A stretch of 64,000 bases of DNA, taken from the sequence record OP555981.1, one strand, 5' to 3'. Within the stretch, counting starts at the first letter, position 1, and every line of letters begins with the position of its first letter. This document shows positions 9,179 to 17,966 of this stretch, piece after piece. A program made the position numbers and the translations under genes. The notes beneath the pieces are model-generated. The model was not told where the DNA came from. It saw only the letters and a list, made by a program, of their open reading frames with translations, and made no database searches. The stretch comes from Escherichia phage vB_EcoM-UFV10.

Positions 9179-10498
9179 TCACACATAAAATACGTCATAA
9201 CGACCACGGGTAACACCAACATAAAGAAGTTGTTGAGCCAATTCAGCATCTGCATAATGAATACAAGGCGTATAAATGAAAGCACGGTCTACAGACATAC
9301 CCTGAGCTTTATGGAATGTTGATGCAGGAAGTGCTTTCACTTTACTAAACTGTGATTTAGCATCCCAAAAATCACTCCATGGAGCTTTTCCGCCTTTGTT
9401 CAAATTTTTATAAGTTTCTGCCGTTTTACCTAAAAATAAGTTAAACTTATACAGCTCTTCATCAGATGAAATTATTTTAATCTTTTCACGATAATATTCA
9501 TCATCGCCGTAAGTTTCTACTGTTAAATCCCAATGACGAATTAGATATTCTCCAGGAACACCACGAGCTTTAACAAATGTTGATGTATATTCTGCTTCTA
9601 TAATACGAACTAATTGTCCGTTATTAAAAATAATTTCTGACACAGGCTTTCCATCAATTTTATATGTTTTAATTAATGGTTCCTGCATTACAATAATTTC
9701 ACCGACAATAAAATCTTTATCAGTTTCAAAAATCTTTTTACGAATAATGCTATTTAACTTGTCAACAGATTTATTCGTAAATGCCATTACGCGATTTTCA
9801 AACAAATCATCTAGTGATTTGACGATTGAAAAATAATTTACCATAAAATCGCGTAAAGCGGTATCACCAGTAAATCCACGTACTCCATGCCCGTCAACAA
9901 CTTTATCATAAATCCACTTACCGTTGCGAACATCAGTAGCTACATCAATAATAGGAGCATTACTGCGTTTAACTTCAGTGAGTTCACACTGATAAAAATC
10001 TTTGTGTGTAAAAAATGGACTGATATAAGCAGTGTTTTCTCCTGGGTCAACAGGTCTAATTTGCTTATTATCACCTATTCCAATTATAGTACACCACGGC
10101 GGGATAGTTGAAAGCAGAATTTTAAATAGCTTTCTATCATACATTGACACTTCGTCGCAGATTAATACCCTGCATTTAGCTAAATCTGGTACTTCCTTCT
10201 GTTCAAAAAGAACGTTTTCTTCATATGTTACGGGGTTAATTTTAAGAATACTGTGAATAGTACTCGCTTCTTTCCCCGACAGTTTTGAAAGAATCTTTTT
10301 AGCTGCATGTGTAGGAGCTGCCAAAATGATACCAGTTTCGCCCGTAGATATTAAAGCTTCAATGATGAACTTAGTAAGAGTAGTCTTACCAGTACCAGCA
10401 GGTCCATTAATAGTTACATGATGTTTCTTTTCTTTAATAGCCCTCATAACGATGTTAAAGGCATTTTTCTGACCTTCGGTCAAATCATCAAATGTCAT
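9179..10498 (-). CDS. dda: Dda DNA helicase (SF1B)
   Basis: 439-aa ORF, Walker A GPAGTGKTT, length and position match T4 Dda. Confidence 0.9.
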   Translation of the reverse strand: MTFDDLTEGQKNAFNIVMRAIKEKKHHVTINGPAGTGKTTLTKFIIEALISTGETGIILAAPTHAAKKILSKLSGKEASTIHSILKINPVTYEENVLFEQKEVPDLAKCRVLICDEVSMYDRKLFKILLSTIPPWCTIIGIGDNKQIRPVDPGENTAYISPFFTHKDFYQCELTEVKRSNAPIIDVATDVRNGKWIYDKVVDGHGVRGFTGDTALRDFMVNYFSIVKSLDDLFENRVMAFTNKSVDKLNSIIRKKIFETDKDFIVGEIIVMQEPLIKTYKIDGKPVSEIIFNNGQLVRIIEAEYTSTFVKARGVPGEYLIRHWDLTVETYGDDEYYREKIKIISSDEELYKFNLFLGKTAETYKNLNKGGKAPWSDFWDAKSQFSKVKALPASTFHKAQGMSVDRAFIYTPCIHYADAELAQQLLYVGVTRGRYDVFYV

Positions 10499-10806
10499 CG
10501 TAAATTCCCTGCAATTGGTATACTAACAATACGCCCAGTATCTAAAATTCGCCGATATAATCTTTGTGTGTCTACATCAGGCTTAACGTGTTTAACTTCT
10601 ATTTTATTAAACCAAAACTTGCGTGGAGTCTCAACTAGTCTTGGAATTCCCATACCTAAAGCTAGTTTATATTGGTCTTTGAGAGTAGTAAAAACTCTAT
10701 CAGCAATCTCTCTTTCAAAAAACACAGCAGGACGATGTTCATCAAGAGGAACTGGCGCAGTAAATCCATCTTTGTCTCGGTAAACTATCGCATATACATA
10801 AACCAT
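10495..10806 (-). CDS. hypothetical protein (dda.1 position)
   Basis: 103-aa ORF, ATG start, ATGA overlap with dda. Confidence 0.45.
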   Translation of the reverse strand: MVYVYAIVYRDKDGFTAPVPLDEHRPAVFFEREIADRVFTTLKDQYKLALGMGIPRLVETPRKFWFNKIEVKHVKPDVDTQRLYRRILDTGRIVSIPIAGNLR

Positions 10807-10807
10807 A

Positions 10808-11563
10808 TTATCCTCGGATAAGTTTAAAAATTGAACAATTTAGCGGGTATCCTCTTTTCAGTTTAAGTTTATCAATAAAAGACAAGTTTTGATACCGCTC
10901 TACACCTTGAATAATTTTATCACACATATCATATTGCATTTCTGCTTCTGACAACTTTTTCACAATTTTCCAATCCGAGCCTTTAAGAAGAACGTTCAGT
11001 TTAACAACTTCAGCGCCTTCTGCTATGCGAGAACCATCAATACGAGCTTTAAGTGCTATAATCCTTAGCTTAATGTCAGAGGTCTGTTTTGATTTAGAAA
11101 GCTGAGAAATGTGTTCAATTCGATTTTCACGCTTTTTCTGTATAGCTTTAATTTGATTATAAGTCTTTTTGATTTTAGCCCATTTCTTTTCATCTAAATT
11201 TAGTTTATGAACTTTTTTCGCAGATGAACGACCAATTCGCAAAGCAAATAAATCACGCTTTTCAATCAACTCTTCTAAAGTATAATCAGAACGAAATGTA
11301 TTATACTTTTTCTTTACTGCAATAACGTTCCCTTTAATGTATCCAACGTTATTATCAAAACGTTCTAATGATAATTTCTCTCCTTCAATACGATTATCAA
11401 AAGGTTCTCCTGAATAGGCACAAACTTTTTGATCTAAAATGTTCTTAATGTAATTGAAGTCTAAGTTAAAATCTTTAGAACGTCTTTTTGCAGATGCCTG
11501 AGTGTGCTCTAAACGACGTTTAATTTTACGAATTTGATTATTAGACATATTATGCAGTTTCAT
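10808..11563 (-). CDS. basic hypothetical protein (srd position by synteny)
   Basis: 251-aa ORF, Lys/Arg-rich, ATG start; identity not verifiable from sequence alone. Confidence 0.4.
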   Translation of the reverse strand: MKLHNMSNNQIRKIKRRLEHTQASAKRRSKDFNLDFNYIKNILDQKVCAYSGEPFDNRIEGEKLSLERFDNNVGYIKGNVIAVKKKYNTFRSDYTLEELIEKRDLFALRIGRSSAKKVHKLNLDEKKWAKIKKTYNQIKAIQKKRENRIEHISQLSKSKQTSDIKLRIIALKARIDGSRIAEGAEVVKLNVLLKGSDWKIVKKLSEAEMQYDMCDKIIQGVERYQNLSFIDKLKLKRGYPLNCSIFKLIRG

Positions 11564-11685
11564 ATTTTTCTCACATCTTACGGACGGTTGACTACTATAC
11601 TATAACATTTTTACCTTAGCTTGTAAACAACTTTATGCAAAAATGCTTTAAAAATTTCATGGTATAATGAATCTAAGTCCTTCCA

Positions 11686-12387
11686 TTATAGATTAAATCC
11701 TTCAAAATCAAGAGTATAGATAGTGTATGTTGAATACTTTTTATACTCATATCTATCTGCAATTCTAAATACACTTCCAGCTGGTATCATTACTTCTTGT
11801 TCATCTGAAACTAATTCCATATTACGATAACGATGGCTATCCGGAAACTTAAAGTTTGGATTGTATTCTTTACAGCGTAGAGCTTTTATAGCTTCTTGTT
11901 CATCTGAAACTAATTCCATATTACGATAACGATGGCTATCCGGAAACTTAAAGTTTGGATTGTATTCTTTACAGCGTAGAGCTTTTATAGCATACTCCTG
12001 GAAATTGAATACCATAGGAGCTTTGAATTCAAAAATAACCTGTGTGTTATACTCTAAACCAGAAGCAAAATGTAGAGCTATATTTTTATCATATGAAGCT
12101 GATACGACTTTATCAAATGTAATAATATCAATTCCTTGATTTAACACCTGCTTAGTCTCAGCTGGAACACCTCTCCAAAGAGGTTTATCGTTTGGAACCA
12201 AACGAGATTTGATTATTTCATTTAACCAAGTATGGTCATCTGGTTTGTTGGTAATACAATGAATTAAAAGTTCAATTTCAGATAAATTAAACCCTTCAGA
12301 AAGTAATTCTTCACGAATAGAAGCACGCACCGATGCATCCATTGATTTTATTTTAAAATCTTTTAGTTGCATTACTGAGTATTTCAT
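11686..12387 (-). CDS. modA: ADP-ribosyltransferase ModA-like carrying an internal 33-aa tandem duplication
   Basis: 233 aa (T4 ModA is 200 aa; 200+33); ART motifs R (LWRG), S-x-S (SAS), E-x-E (EQE); duplicated block AIKALRCKEYNPNFKFPDSHRYRNMELVSDEQE. Confidence 0.7.
   Translation of the reverse strand: MKYSVMQLKDFKIKSMDASVRASIREELLSEGFNLSEIELLIHCITNKPDDHTWLNEIIKSRLVPNDKPLWRGVPAETKQVLNQGIDIITFDKVVSASYDKNIALHFASGLEYNTQVIFEFKAPMVFNFQEYAIKALRCKEYNPNFKFPDSHRYRNMELVSDEQEAIKALRCKEYNPNFKFPDSHRYRNMELVSDEQEVMIPAGSVFRIADRYEYKKYSTYTIYTLDFEGFNL
11793..11990. repeat. perfect 99-bp tandem direct duplication (2 copies) inside modA
   Basis: 11793-11891 and 11892-11990 identical base for base; in frame. Confidence 0.9.
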
Positions 12388-13007
12388 TCAACTACCTCAA
12401 TATCATAAACTTTAAATGTTCCAAATGAATCGTGTAATTTTTCTTTTGAAATAGAAGTTATTCTATACTTTCCAATTGGAATCATCCATTCTTGTTCACG
12501 CACAATCATCATTAAGTTATCAGTACGCTCTGAATCTAACCCATCAGTATCTTCATATGTATACTTAAACTCAGTATTAGGAGAAGAAAGTATAATATCG
12601 CTGATATGGTCAGAGTAATTAAAAGCTTTATCAGTTTTTAAGCGAAGTATTGTTTCAGTGAAATATTCAGCATAAGAAAAAGAACACGCTGTATGCAAAC
12701 TAGTAGTAAATGAATCTACCCTGTTCGTTGAAAACACTTCTCCAACTTGTAAATCTTTAATGAGTTCTTTTGTCGATTTTGATATACCACGATATAATTG
12801 ATAAGGCGATTTAGTTAAATGCTTTTTAATGATTTTATTCAACTGTCTGTGAAGAGCTTCATTCTTTTTGGCTTCCATACATTGCCAAAGAATTGACTGT
12901 TCAAAGTCAGTAAATTTTTCACAGACCTTTTTATACATATCATATTGAAAATCAACGCTTTCGGCTTTTATAGATAACTGTTCAACATCTGCAAGATTAA
13001 TAATCAT
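12384..13007 (-). CDS. modB: ADP-ribosyltransferase ModB-like
   Basis: 207 aa as T4 ModB; ART motifs LYRG, STN, EQEWMIP; ATGA overlap with modA. Confidence 0.7.
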   Translation of the reverse strand: MIINLADVEQLSIKAESVDFQYDMYKKVCEKFTDFEQSILWQCMEAKKNEALHRQLNKIIKKHLTKSPYQLYRGISKSTKELIKDLQVGEVFSTNRVDSFTTSLHTACSFSYAEYFTETILRLKTDKAFNYSDHISDIILSSPNTEFKYTYEDTDGLDSERTDNLMMIVREQEWMIPIGKYRITSISKEKLHDSFGTFKVYDIEVVE

Positions 13008-13074
13008 GATAGCCTCCGTATACTTCAGAAGCTATCATATCATCGTTAGAAAGGAAAGTAAACAACTTTTTGAA

Positions 13075-13257
13075 TTATTTTGCCCAGGGAGCCCAAGGCG
13101 GAGGGTCAAGATGGTATGAAGCTAGTTCTTCTAGAAGAGCATCTGGGGCTTCAATTCCATAATTCTGTAATACTATACGGTACTCTTTCTTATAATCACT
13201 AGAATCATTCTGGATATTCGTAGAATGATTATCTTCTAACATCTCAAATAAATCCAT
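13075..13257 (-). CDS. hypothetical protein
   Basis: 60-aa ORF, ATG start. Confidence 0.35.
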   Translation of the reverse strand: MDLFEMLEDNHSTNIQNDSSDYKKEYRIVLQNYGIEAPDALLEELASYHLDPPPWAPWAK

Positions 13258-13265
13258 ACTAATTC

Positions 13266-13736
13266 CTAGCGATAAAAACCAAATTGACGATTAGCTTCAA
13301 TAATCTTTCTTTCTTCTTCGGACATTCTCCAGCGTAGTCCAACATCAAAATGAGCCCAGACCATCTTAACAAATGCATTTATATCTTTAATATCTTCAAT
13401 AATGAATGTTTTACTTTTAGAAGGTTGACTCGCTAATTTAACTTTATCGTCTTCAAACAGGTCAAAAAGACTATATTCATGAGCTCTTTTATAGCCTTTA
13501 ATAGTTAAAGCTTCGGAAGAAGAAAACGGCGAATCAGTATTCTGCAAAATATCTTCAGTATGCTTTATAATTAGAATAACATTTTCTGGATATTTTCTTT
13601 CTTTTATATCTTTAATTAAAATATCCGGATTTTCTGCTAAAGGAATAATTAATGAGCACTTTTTATCAAGTGTATTTACTGATTTACCTTCTTTAGACAT
13701 AAATTCTATTGAATAATGTTTTGCTACTTCAATCAT
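13266..13736 (-). CDS. hypothetical protein
   Basis: 156-aa ORF, ATG start. Confidence 0.45.
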
Positions 13737-13889
13737 GTGATTTCCTTTTGCCTACTAATGGACCGTCAGGAATTTTATTTTCCTGAATGTATTTCTCATT
13801 TTCTTCCATCATTTTACTGCCAATTTTAAGAAGCAAATCCATTGCTTCATTTGCTTTAGCCTTGGCCTCTTCCAGCGTCATATCTTTGT

Positions 13890-14093
13890 TCATGATTTAT
13901 CACCATAGATGTCTCTCATCAATTTAAGCGCTGAGCGTTCTAATTTCTTTTCTTTCTCAGCACTAATCATTGATTTCATCCATTCTTCTGATTCGTTCTG
14001 CATTTCTTTATTTGCTTGTTCAACCCAACCATCATCAATATACATTGAGTTTGGTCTATTAAACCATTCAAGAATCTTCTTGAGAGCTTTCAT
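13890..14093 (-). CDS. hypothetical protein
   Basis: 67-aa ORF, ATG start; a further ORF of about 52 aa lies at 13740-13893. Confidence 0.4.
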
Positions 14094-14553
14094 TTATTTT
14101 ACCTAAAACAATAGTATGGACACCGTCAAATTTATGAATTTTTAGCAAATTAGGATTTAAATTATTCCATAAAGAGGTAATAAAATATGATAGCGCACTT
14201 TCGTCCGTAATTATAAATTTATTTCCCTTATCAATTTTCCAGTCATATATTGAATCATATGAATAGAAGGATAACGGTTTATTGTTATAGTATGCTTTAG
14301 CAACATCAATATAGTTAGATTTAGTAAATGCTTGAATTGCCATAAATGGAGAATTTTGTACAGTTTCAATAATTCCGATCTTTTTAAGTTTTATTTCAAC
14401 ATCTTCTGGAACTGGCATTGAAATAAAATCTTCTACTAGATACATGTTATTGTCATATCTTTTATCAATCATTACTGCTACGGTAATTGGAACATCCTTG
14501 ACAAACGCCATACTAATACTATTGATAGACATTTCAAACAAAATCGCTTCCAT
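14068..14553 (-). CDS. hypothetical protein
   Basis: 161 aa from internal ATG behind GAGGAA; track start is TTG. Confidence 0.45.
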   Translation of the reverse strand: MEAILFEMSINSISMAFVKDVPITVAVMIDKRYDNNMYLVEDFISMPVPEDVEIKLKKIGIIETVQNSPFMAIQAFTKSNYIDVAKAYYNNKPLSFYSYDSIYDWKIDKGNKFIITDESALSYFITSLWNNLNPNLLKIHKFDGVHTIVLGKINESSQEDS

Positions 14554-14561
14554 AATTTTCC

Positions 14562-14903
14562 TCAATCGCAAGATGTAGATGAACAACTAGAATCACAAGA
14601 ACTTCCACATGAATCGCCCGTCCATACATGAACAGGAACATTAGTATCATATGAATCAGAACTAGACTGTGTATTCTGTGCATTAGATGATGTAGTAGGT
14701 GTTGACCAGCGCCAAGGATTTTTATAATATTCTTGGGCTTCTTCATAAGTCATAGTAACTGCTTCTACTGTTCCATCTCCCATATAAACATATTCAACTA
14801 CAGTTAAAGGAAGATAGTCATTTGAAATAGGAACTACACCTTCTCCGGGAGTTGTAGAGAAAAAATCTGTAAAGAAATTTTTAAACCAATTAAAGATAAA
14901 CAT
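14562..14903 (-). CDS. hypothetical protein with Cys/Ser-rich C-terminal tail
   Basis: 113-aa ORF ending [18 protein letters not shown]; ATG start. Confidence 0.45.
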   Translation of the reverse strand: MFIFNWFKNFFTDFFSTTPGEGVVPISNDYLPLTVVEYVYMGDGTVEAVTMTYEEAQEYYKNPWRWSTPTTSSNAQNTQSSSDSYDTNVPVHVWTGDSCGSSCDSSCSSTSCD

Positions 14904-15109
14904 TACAAAAAGCCTCTTTTGAATTCGACTTGTTTATCGCCATAATCATATCGAATCTCTGCGTTAAATTCAACAGAACCATCTGCGTACATCATAAATG
15001 AATGCACAACAACTTCTGTAGACCATGGTTGCAATTCATATTTCTTCATTACATGCCGTGAAATGATAATATCTAAATCTTCATTTGGTTTAATCCAACG
15101 ATTTAACAT
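14903..15109 (-). CDS. hypothetical protein
   Basis: 68-aa ORF downstream of an early promoter. Confidence 0.45.
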   Translation of the reverse strand: MLNRWIKPNEDLDIIISRHVMKKYELQPWSTEVVVHSFMMYADGSVEFNAEIRYDYGDKQVEFKRGFL

Positions 15110-15135
15110 AGTGCTCTCCTCTATAAGATAATTCT

Positions 15136-15165
15136 ATTATACCATACTCATTTTGGAAAGTAAAC
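15136..15165 (-). promoter_or_regulatory. early promoter downstream of the soc terminator
   Basis: minus strand GTTTAC-spacer-TATAAT with extended TGG; approximate. Confidence 0.5.
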
Positions 15166-15180
15166 CGGTAAAATGAAAAA

Positions 15181-15200
15181 AGGACTCCCGAAGGAGTCCT
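15181..15200 (-). terminator. UUCG-tetraloop hairpin after soc
   Basis: AGGACTCC-cgaa-GGAGTCCT, 8-bp stem, followed on minus strand by a T-run. Confidence 0.65.
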
Positions 15201-15207
15201 TGAATTA

Positions 15208-15444
15208 TTAACCACCTATTTCTGTGGGTGTAAACATTGCAGCATTCTTAGTTTTCCAGTCAGCTGCATCAGAAACTACAGTAGAATATGCCGCCTTTTC
15301 AGAAGGAAAGGTCTGATAATGAGAATCTGCAATACGATGCTCGTTAGAATAAATTTCAAACGGAACAGAAACTTCCATACCTTTAACTTCTTTGCCTTCA
15401 CCTGTTGGATGAGTAAAGGTCTTGATGTTAACGAAACCACCCAT
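15208..15444 (-). CDS. soc: small outer capsid protein
   Basis: 78 aa; VNIKTF...HYQTFPSEKAAYSTV matches T4 Soc; TATAAATA late promoter upstream, UUCG hairpin downstream. Confidence 0.85.
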   Translation of the reverse strand: MGGFVNIKTFTHPTGEGKEVKGMEVSVPFEIYSNEHRIADSHYQTFPSEKAAYSTVVSDAADWKTKNAAMFTPTEIGG

Positions 15445-15475
15445 AATAAACTCCTTTATTGTTTAATTACAGGTG

Positions 15476-15483
15476 TATTTATA
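15476..15483 (-). promoter_or_regulatory. late promoter (TATAAATA) for soc
   Basis: forward TATTTATA = minus TATAAATA about 30 nt upstream of the soc ATG. Confidence 0.6.
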
Positions 15484-15625
15484 ACTTACAATTTAGCGGC
15501 TTTCCAGAGTTGTTCAATAATCTCTTGGTCTATTTCTTTAGTTATTTCATTACGTAATAAAGCAGTAAGGGCTTTCGCCCTTTTCTTATTCAACTTTTTG
15601 AGTTGGCGTTTATTTAAACGGGACA

Positions 15626-16144
15626 TTAATAACCTCGGTCTTGACGTGCGAAATTTTCAGCATTTTTCAGATAATAAAGTTTAAAGATTTCTTCTGCTGT
15701 AAGACCAAGACCCTGGAACATATTCAGAACGAAATGAAGAATATCAATCATTTCAAATTTAATTTCTAACTGGTCTTGTGGAGACAAATCAGTAATCAGA
15801 GTTTCACGACGTTCACCATGCTGCGACTTCCAAGGTTTCCATACAGCAGATGCGTCTTTTTCACCATTACTCATACCACCAAGAGAAGTCAGAAGTTCAC
15901 GGAATTCATCGTCAATATAATCTTTCTGATTACGCAACCAATCAACAACTTCACCGGCAGTAGCTAAGTCATCAGGATGACGATTATATTCAGGTTTATC
16001 TTTAGCTAAACGAACCTGCAAAGATTTCTGCATATCAAGCATTACCTGCAGCGGGTCTTTTTCATCGCCGAGAATATCCCAATATTCATTTTGAGCTTTA
16101 TCAGCGCCTTCAATCAGTTGTGAACATTCGTTAAAGTAAGCCAT
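15626..16144 (-). CDS. 56: dCTPase/dUTPase (MazG-like dCTP pyrophosphatase)
   Basis: 172 aa from ATG MAYFNECSQ (track adds 31 codons of leader); size and position match T4 gp56. Confidence 0.8.
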   Translation of the reverse strand: MAYFNECSQLIEGADKAQNEYWDILGDEKDPLQVMLDMQKSLQVRLAKDKPEYNRHPDDLATAGEVVDWLRNQKDYIDDEFRELLTSLGGMSNGEKDASAVWKPWKSQHGERRETLITDLSPQDQLEIKFEMIDILHFVLNMFQGLGLTAEEIFKLYYLKNAENFARQDRGY

Positions 16145-16178
16145 TATTTTTCCTTTCAATTCATGGGTTAGTAGATTA

Positions 16179-16203
16179 ATTATACAATAAATATATAAAG
16201 CAA
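16179..16203 (-). promoter_or_regulatory. MotA-dependent middle promoter for gene 56
   Basis: minus strand TTGCTTTA then 11 nt then TATAAT, about 35 nt upstream of the gene 56 ATG. Confidence 0.55.
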
Positions 16204-16215
16204 TAAGGAGGACAT

Positions 16216-16416
16216 ATGGTACAAAAATTAATGGCACTTGTTAATGCCATCAAAGGTAATAAGAAACGTATAGCTTTTACTATTTCTGCTATGGTAGGAA
16301 TTTTACTCTGGAACTTTATTTTATCACCAATTGCAATTGCGCATGGTGTTAATATTCCAGTAGTTACTCTTGATACATTCGTAGATCTAGCATTTGCTTT
16401 AGTTGGGTTGATTTAA
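16216..16416 (+). CDS. putative small membrane protein on the opposite strand
   Basis: 66-aa ORF, AAGGAGG 4 nt before ATG, two hydrophobic segments; sits in the 56-61 intergenic region. Confidence 0.35.
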   Translation: MVQKLMALVNAIKGNKKRIAFTISAMVGILLWNFILSPIAIAHGVNIPVVTLDTFVDLAFALVGLI

Positions 16417-17441
16417 ATCTTAGCATATTTAGATAGCCGCATTTTAGCCATCAACCCCTGGGCAATATTATTTTTCATATATTCCATAATTTGTTCAGGG
16501 GTTGCACCTTCCTTTCTAATCATATCATTAACATCTTTAGATTTCCAGGGAGATTTATCCCAAAACATAACCCTTTCTCCTGCATCAACTAATTTAGTCA
16601 TTCGTTTGATAGTGTCAGGGTGACGAGGTTCATTATCTAAAACCCACACTCGTCTATCTTTAAATGGAACAATTTCTAGGTCTAATTGACCACCCGTAAT
16701 AGCTATACCATTTTCAATAAAAAGTGAATCTATAGGTCCTTCTAGAACATATACATCGCCATCTTTAACTCGTTCGACTCCATAGATTTTTGTTGCCTCA
16801 GGATAAGCTTTAATGGTGATATATTTTTGAGGAGCATTTTTCTTTAATGCACGCCCTTGAAACGACTCGGCTTTTCCGTTAGCATTATAAATTGGAATAA
16901 CAAGACGAGGCTCAGGTATTTCCTTTTTATATGTTCCCGGTGCTATGCTATTAACCAATTTAGGCCATTCGGTTGTAAACCAAAGATATTTCCATTTATC
17001 CTTTGGAATACAACGAGCTTTTACGTATTTTATAATTGGATGGTCTTCCGCCAGTTTATCTAATCTAACACATGACGGAAGAGATTTAATTATTTTCTTC
17101 TCAGGTTGTTTAGGAAGTTCTTTAGGTTTTTCTACTGGACGACTTTTACCTTTTTCTTTTCTTATTTCAAAGATATACTCACGATATAAATCAGGTTCAA
17201 ACTCCTTTAAATATATTCCGATTGGTGCGTGATAGTTACAGTTATAACAATGAATATTTCCTTCATTATTATCACCATAATACCATCCACGAGCTTTATT
17301 CTGGTCGGTTTTTGAATCTCCACAAACGGGGCATCTAAACCGCAATTTAAAAGTTGAACTATTATTTACTTGTGTGAATTTAGGTAAATGAGCCAATGCA
17401 CGATACGCAAACTCATTATCAATCCAAGGTATTGATGACAT
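16413..17441 (-). CDS. 61: DNA primase
   Basis: 342 aa, zinc-binding CPVCGDSKTDQNKARGWYY..., toprim region; matches T4 gp61 length and position. Confidence 0.9.
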   Translation of the reverse strand: MSSIPWIDNEFAYRALAHLPKFTQVNNSSTFKLRFRCPVCGDSKTDQNKARGWYYGDNNEGNIHCYNCNYHAPIGIYLKEFEPDLYREYIFEIRKEKGKSRPVEKPKELPKQPEKKIIKSLPSCVRLDKLAEDHPIIKYVKARCIPKDKWKYLWFTTEWPKLVNSIAPGTYKKEIPEPRLVIPIYNANGKAESFQGRALKKNAPQKYITIKAYPEATKIYGVERVKDGDVYVLEGPIDSLFIENGIAITGGQLDLEIVPFKDRRVWVLDNEPRHPDTIKRMTKLVDAGERVMFWDKSPWKSKDVNDMIRKEGATPEQIMEYMKNNIAQGLMAKMRLSKYAKI

Positions 17442-17443
17442 TT

Positions 17444-17608
17444 TTACTCTTCTTTTTCTTTAGATTCCTCTTTTTTCTTTTTAGGAATCTGTTCAGGACC
17501 TTTATTTACTACAGCACCTGATGTTGTTCCAGTAGAGATATTTTCAGGATTACCACCTGAATCTCCAGCAACCATATCTTCTTTAATAAATTCTTTATAT
17601 GTTTTCAT
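17444..17608 (-). CDS. small protein with capsid-targeting-sequence-like N-terminus
   Basis: 54-aa ORF read by hand: MKTYKEFIKEDMVAGDSGGNPENISTGTTSGAVVNKGPEQIPKKKKEESKEKEE; GAGGT SD; same MKTYKEFI start as 62759-63232 and 63249-63566. Confidence 0.5.
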   Translation of the reverse strand: MKTYKEFIKEDMVAGDSGGNPENISTGTTSGAVVNKGPEQIPKKKKEESKEKEE

Positions 17609-17652
17609 ATTAACCTCTATTCATAAAAGCATTAAAAATTTGGTCATCAATC
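17606..17652. repeat. 47-bp junction repeat, copy A
   Basis: CATATTAACCT(C/T)TATTCATAAAAGCATTAAAAATTTG...; 3 mismatches to copy B at 17964-18010. Confidence 0.8.
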
Positions 17653-17966
17653 GATGGAATAGCAACTTTTTCTGCATCATTTAGCAAATCATTAATTTCA
17701 TCAGATAGCATAACACATGTACCTTTATTTCCTGTAATTGTTACTGCACAATTACGAACGTTTTCTTTATTAAATTTTAGGTTAATATTTTCGTAATGAA
17801 AATCCTTTAATGCTGAATATATTTTTAAAATAAAATTGTCTTTTACTACAATAAACCCAACCTCACTATTAAAACGTGGTTCATGGAAACTGTAATAAAC
17901 CTTTTCATCTATAAAATCGTATGAAATTTTTTCCATTTTTAAATATGAAAATTCAGAACTATACAT
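17610..17966 (-). CDS. hypothetical protein
   Basis: 118-aa ORF; C-terminus SIDDQIFNAFMNRG shared with upstream ORF. Confidence 0.45.
   Translation of the reverse strand: MYSSEFSYLKMEKISYDFIDEKVYYSFHEPRFNSEVGFIVVKDNFILKIYSALKDFHYENINLKFNKENVRNCAVTITGNKGTCVMLSDEINDLLNDAEKVAIPSIDDQIFNAFMNRG

Noticed and set aside
14534-14746. His-rich 70-aa ORF (track 14534-14746)
   Set aside because: It is an alternative frame overlapping the 3' end of 14562-14903 and the 5' end of the next gene. It has no SD of its own and looks like a frame artefact.
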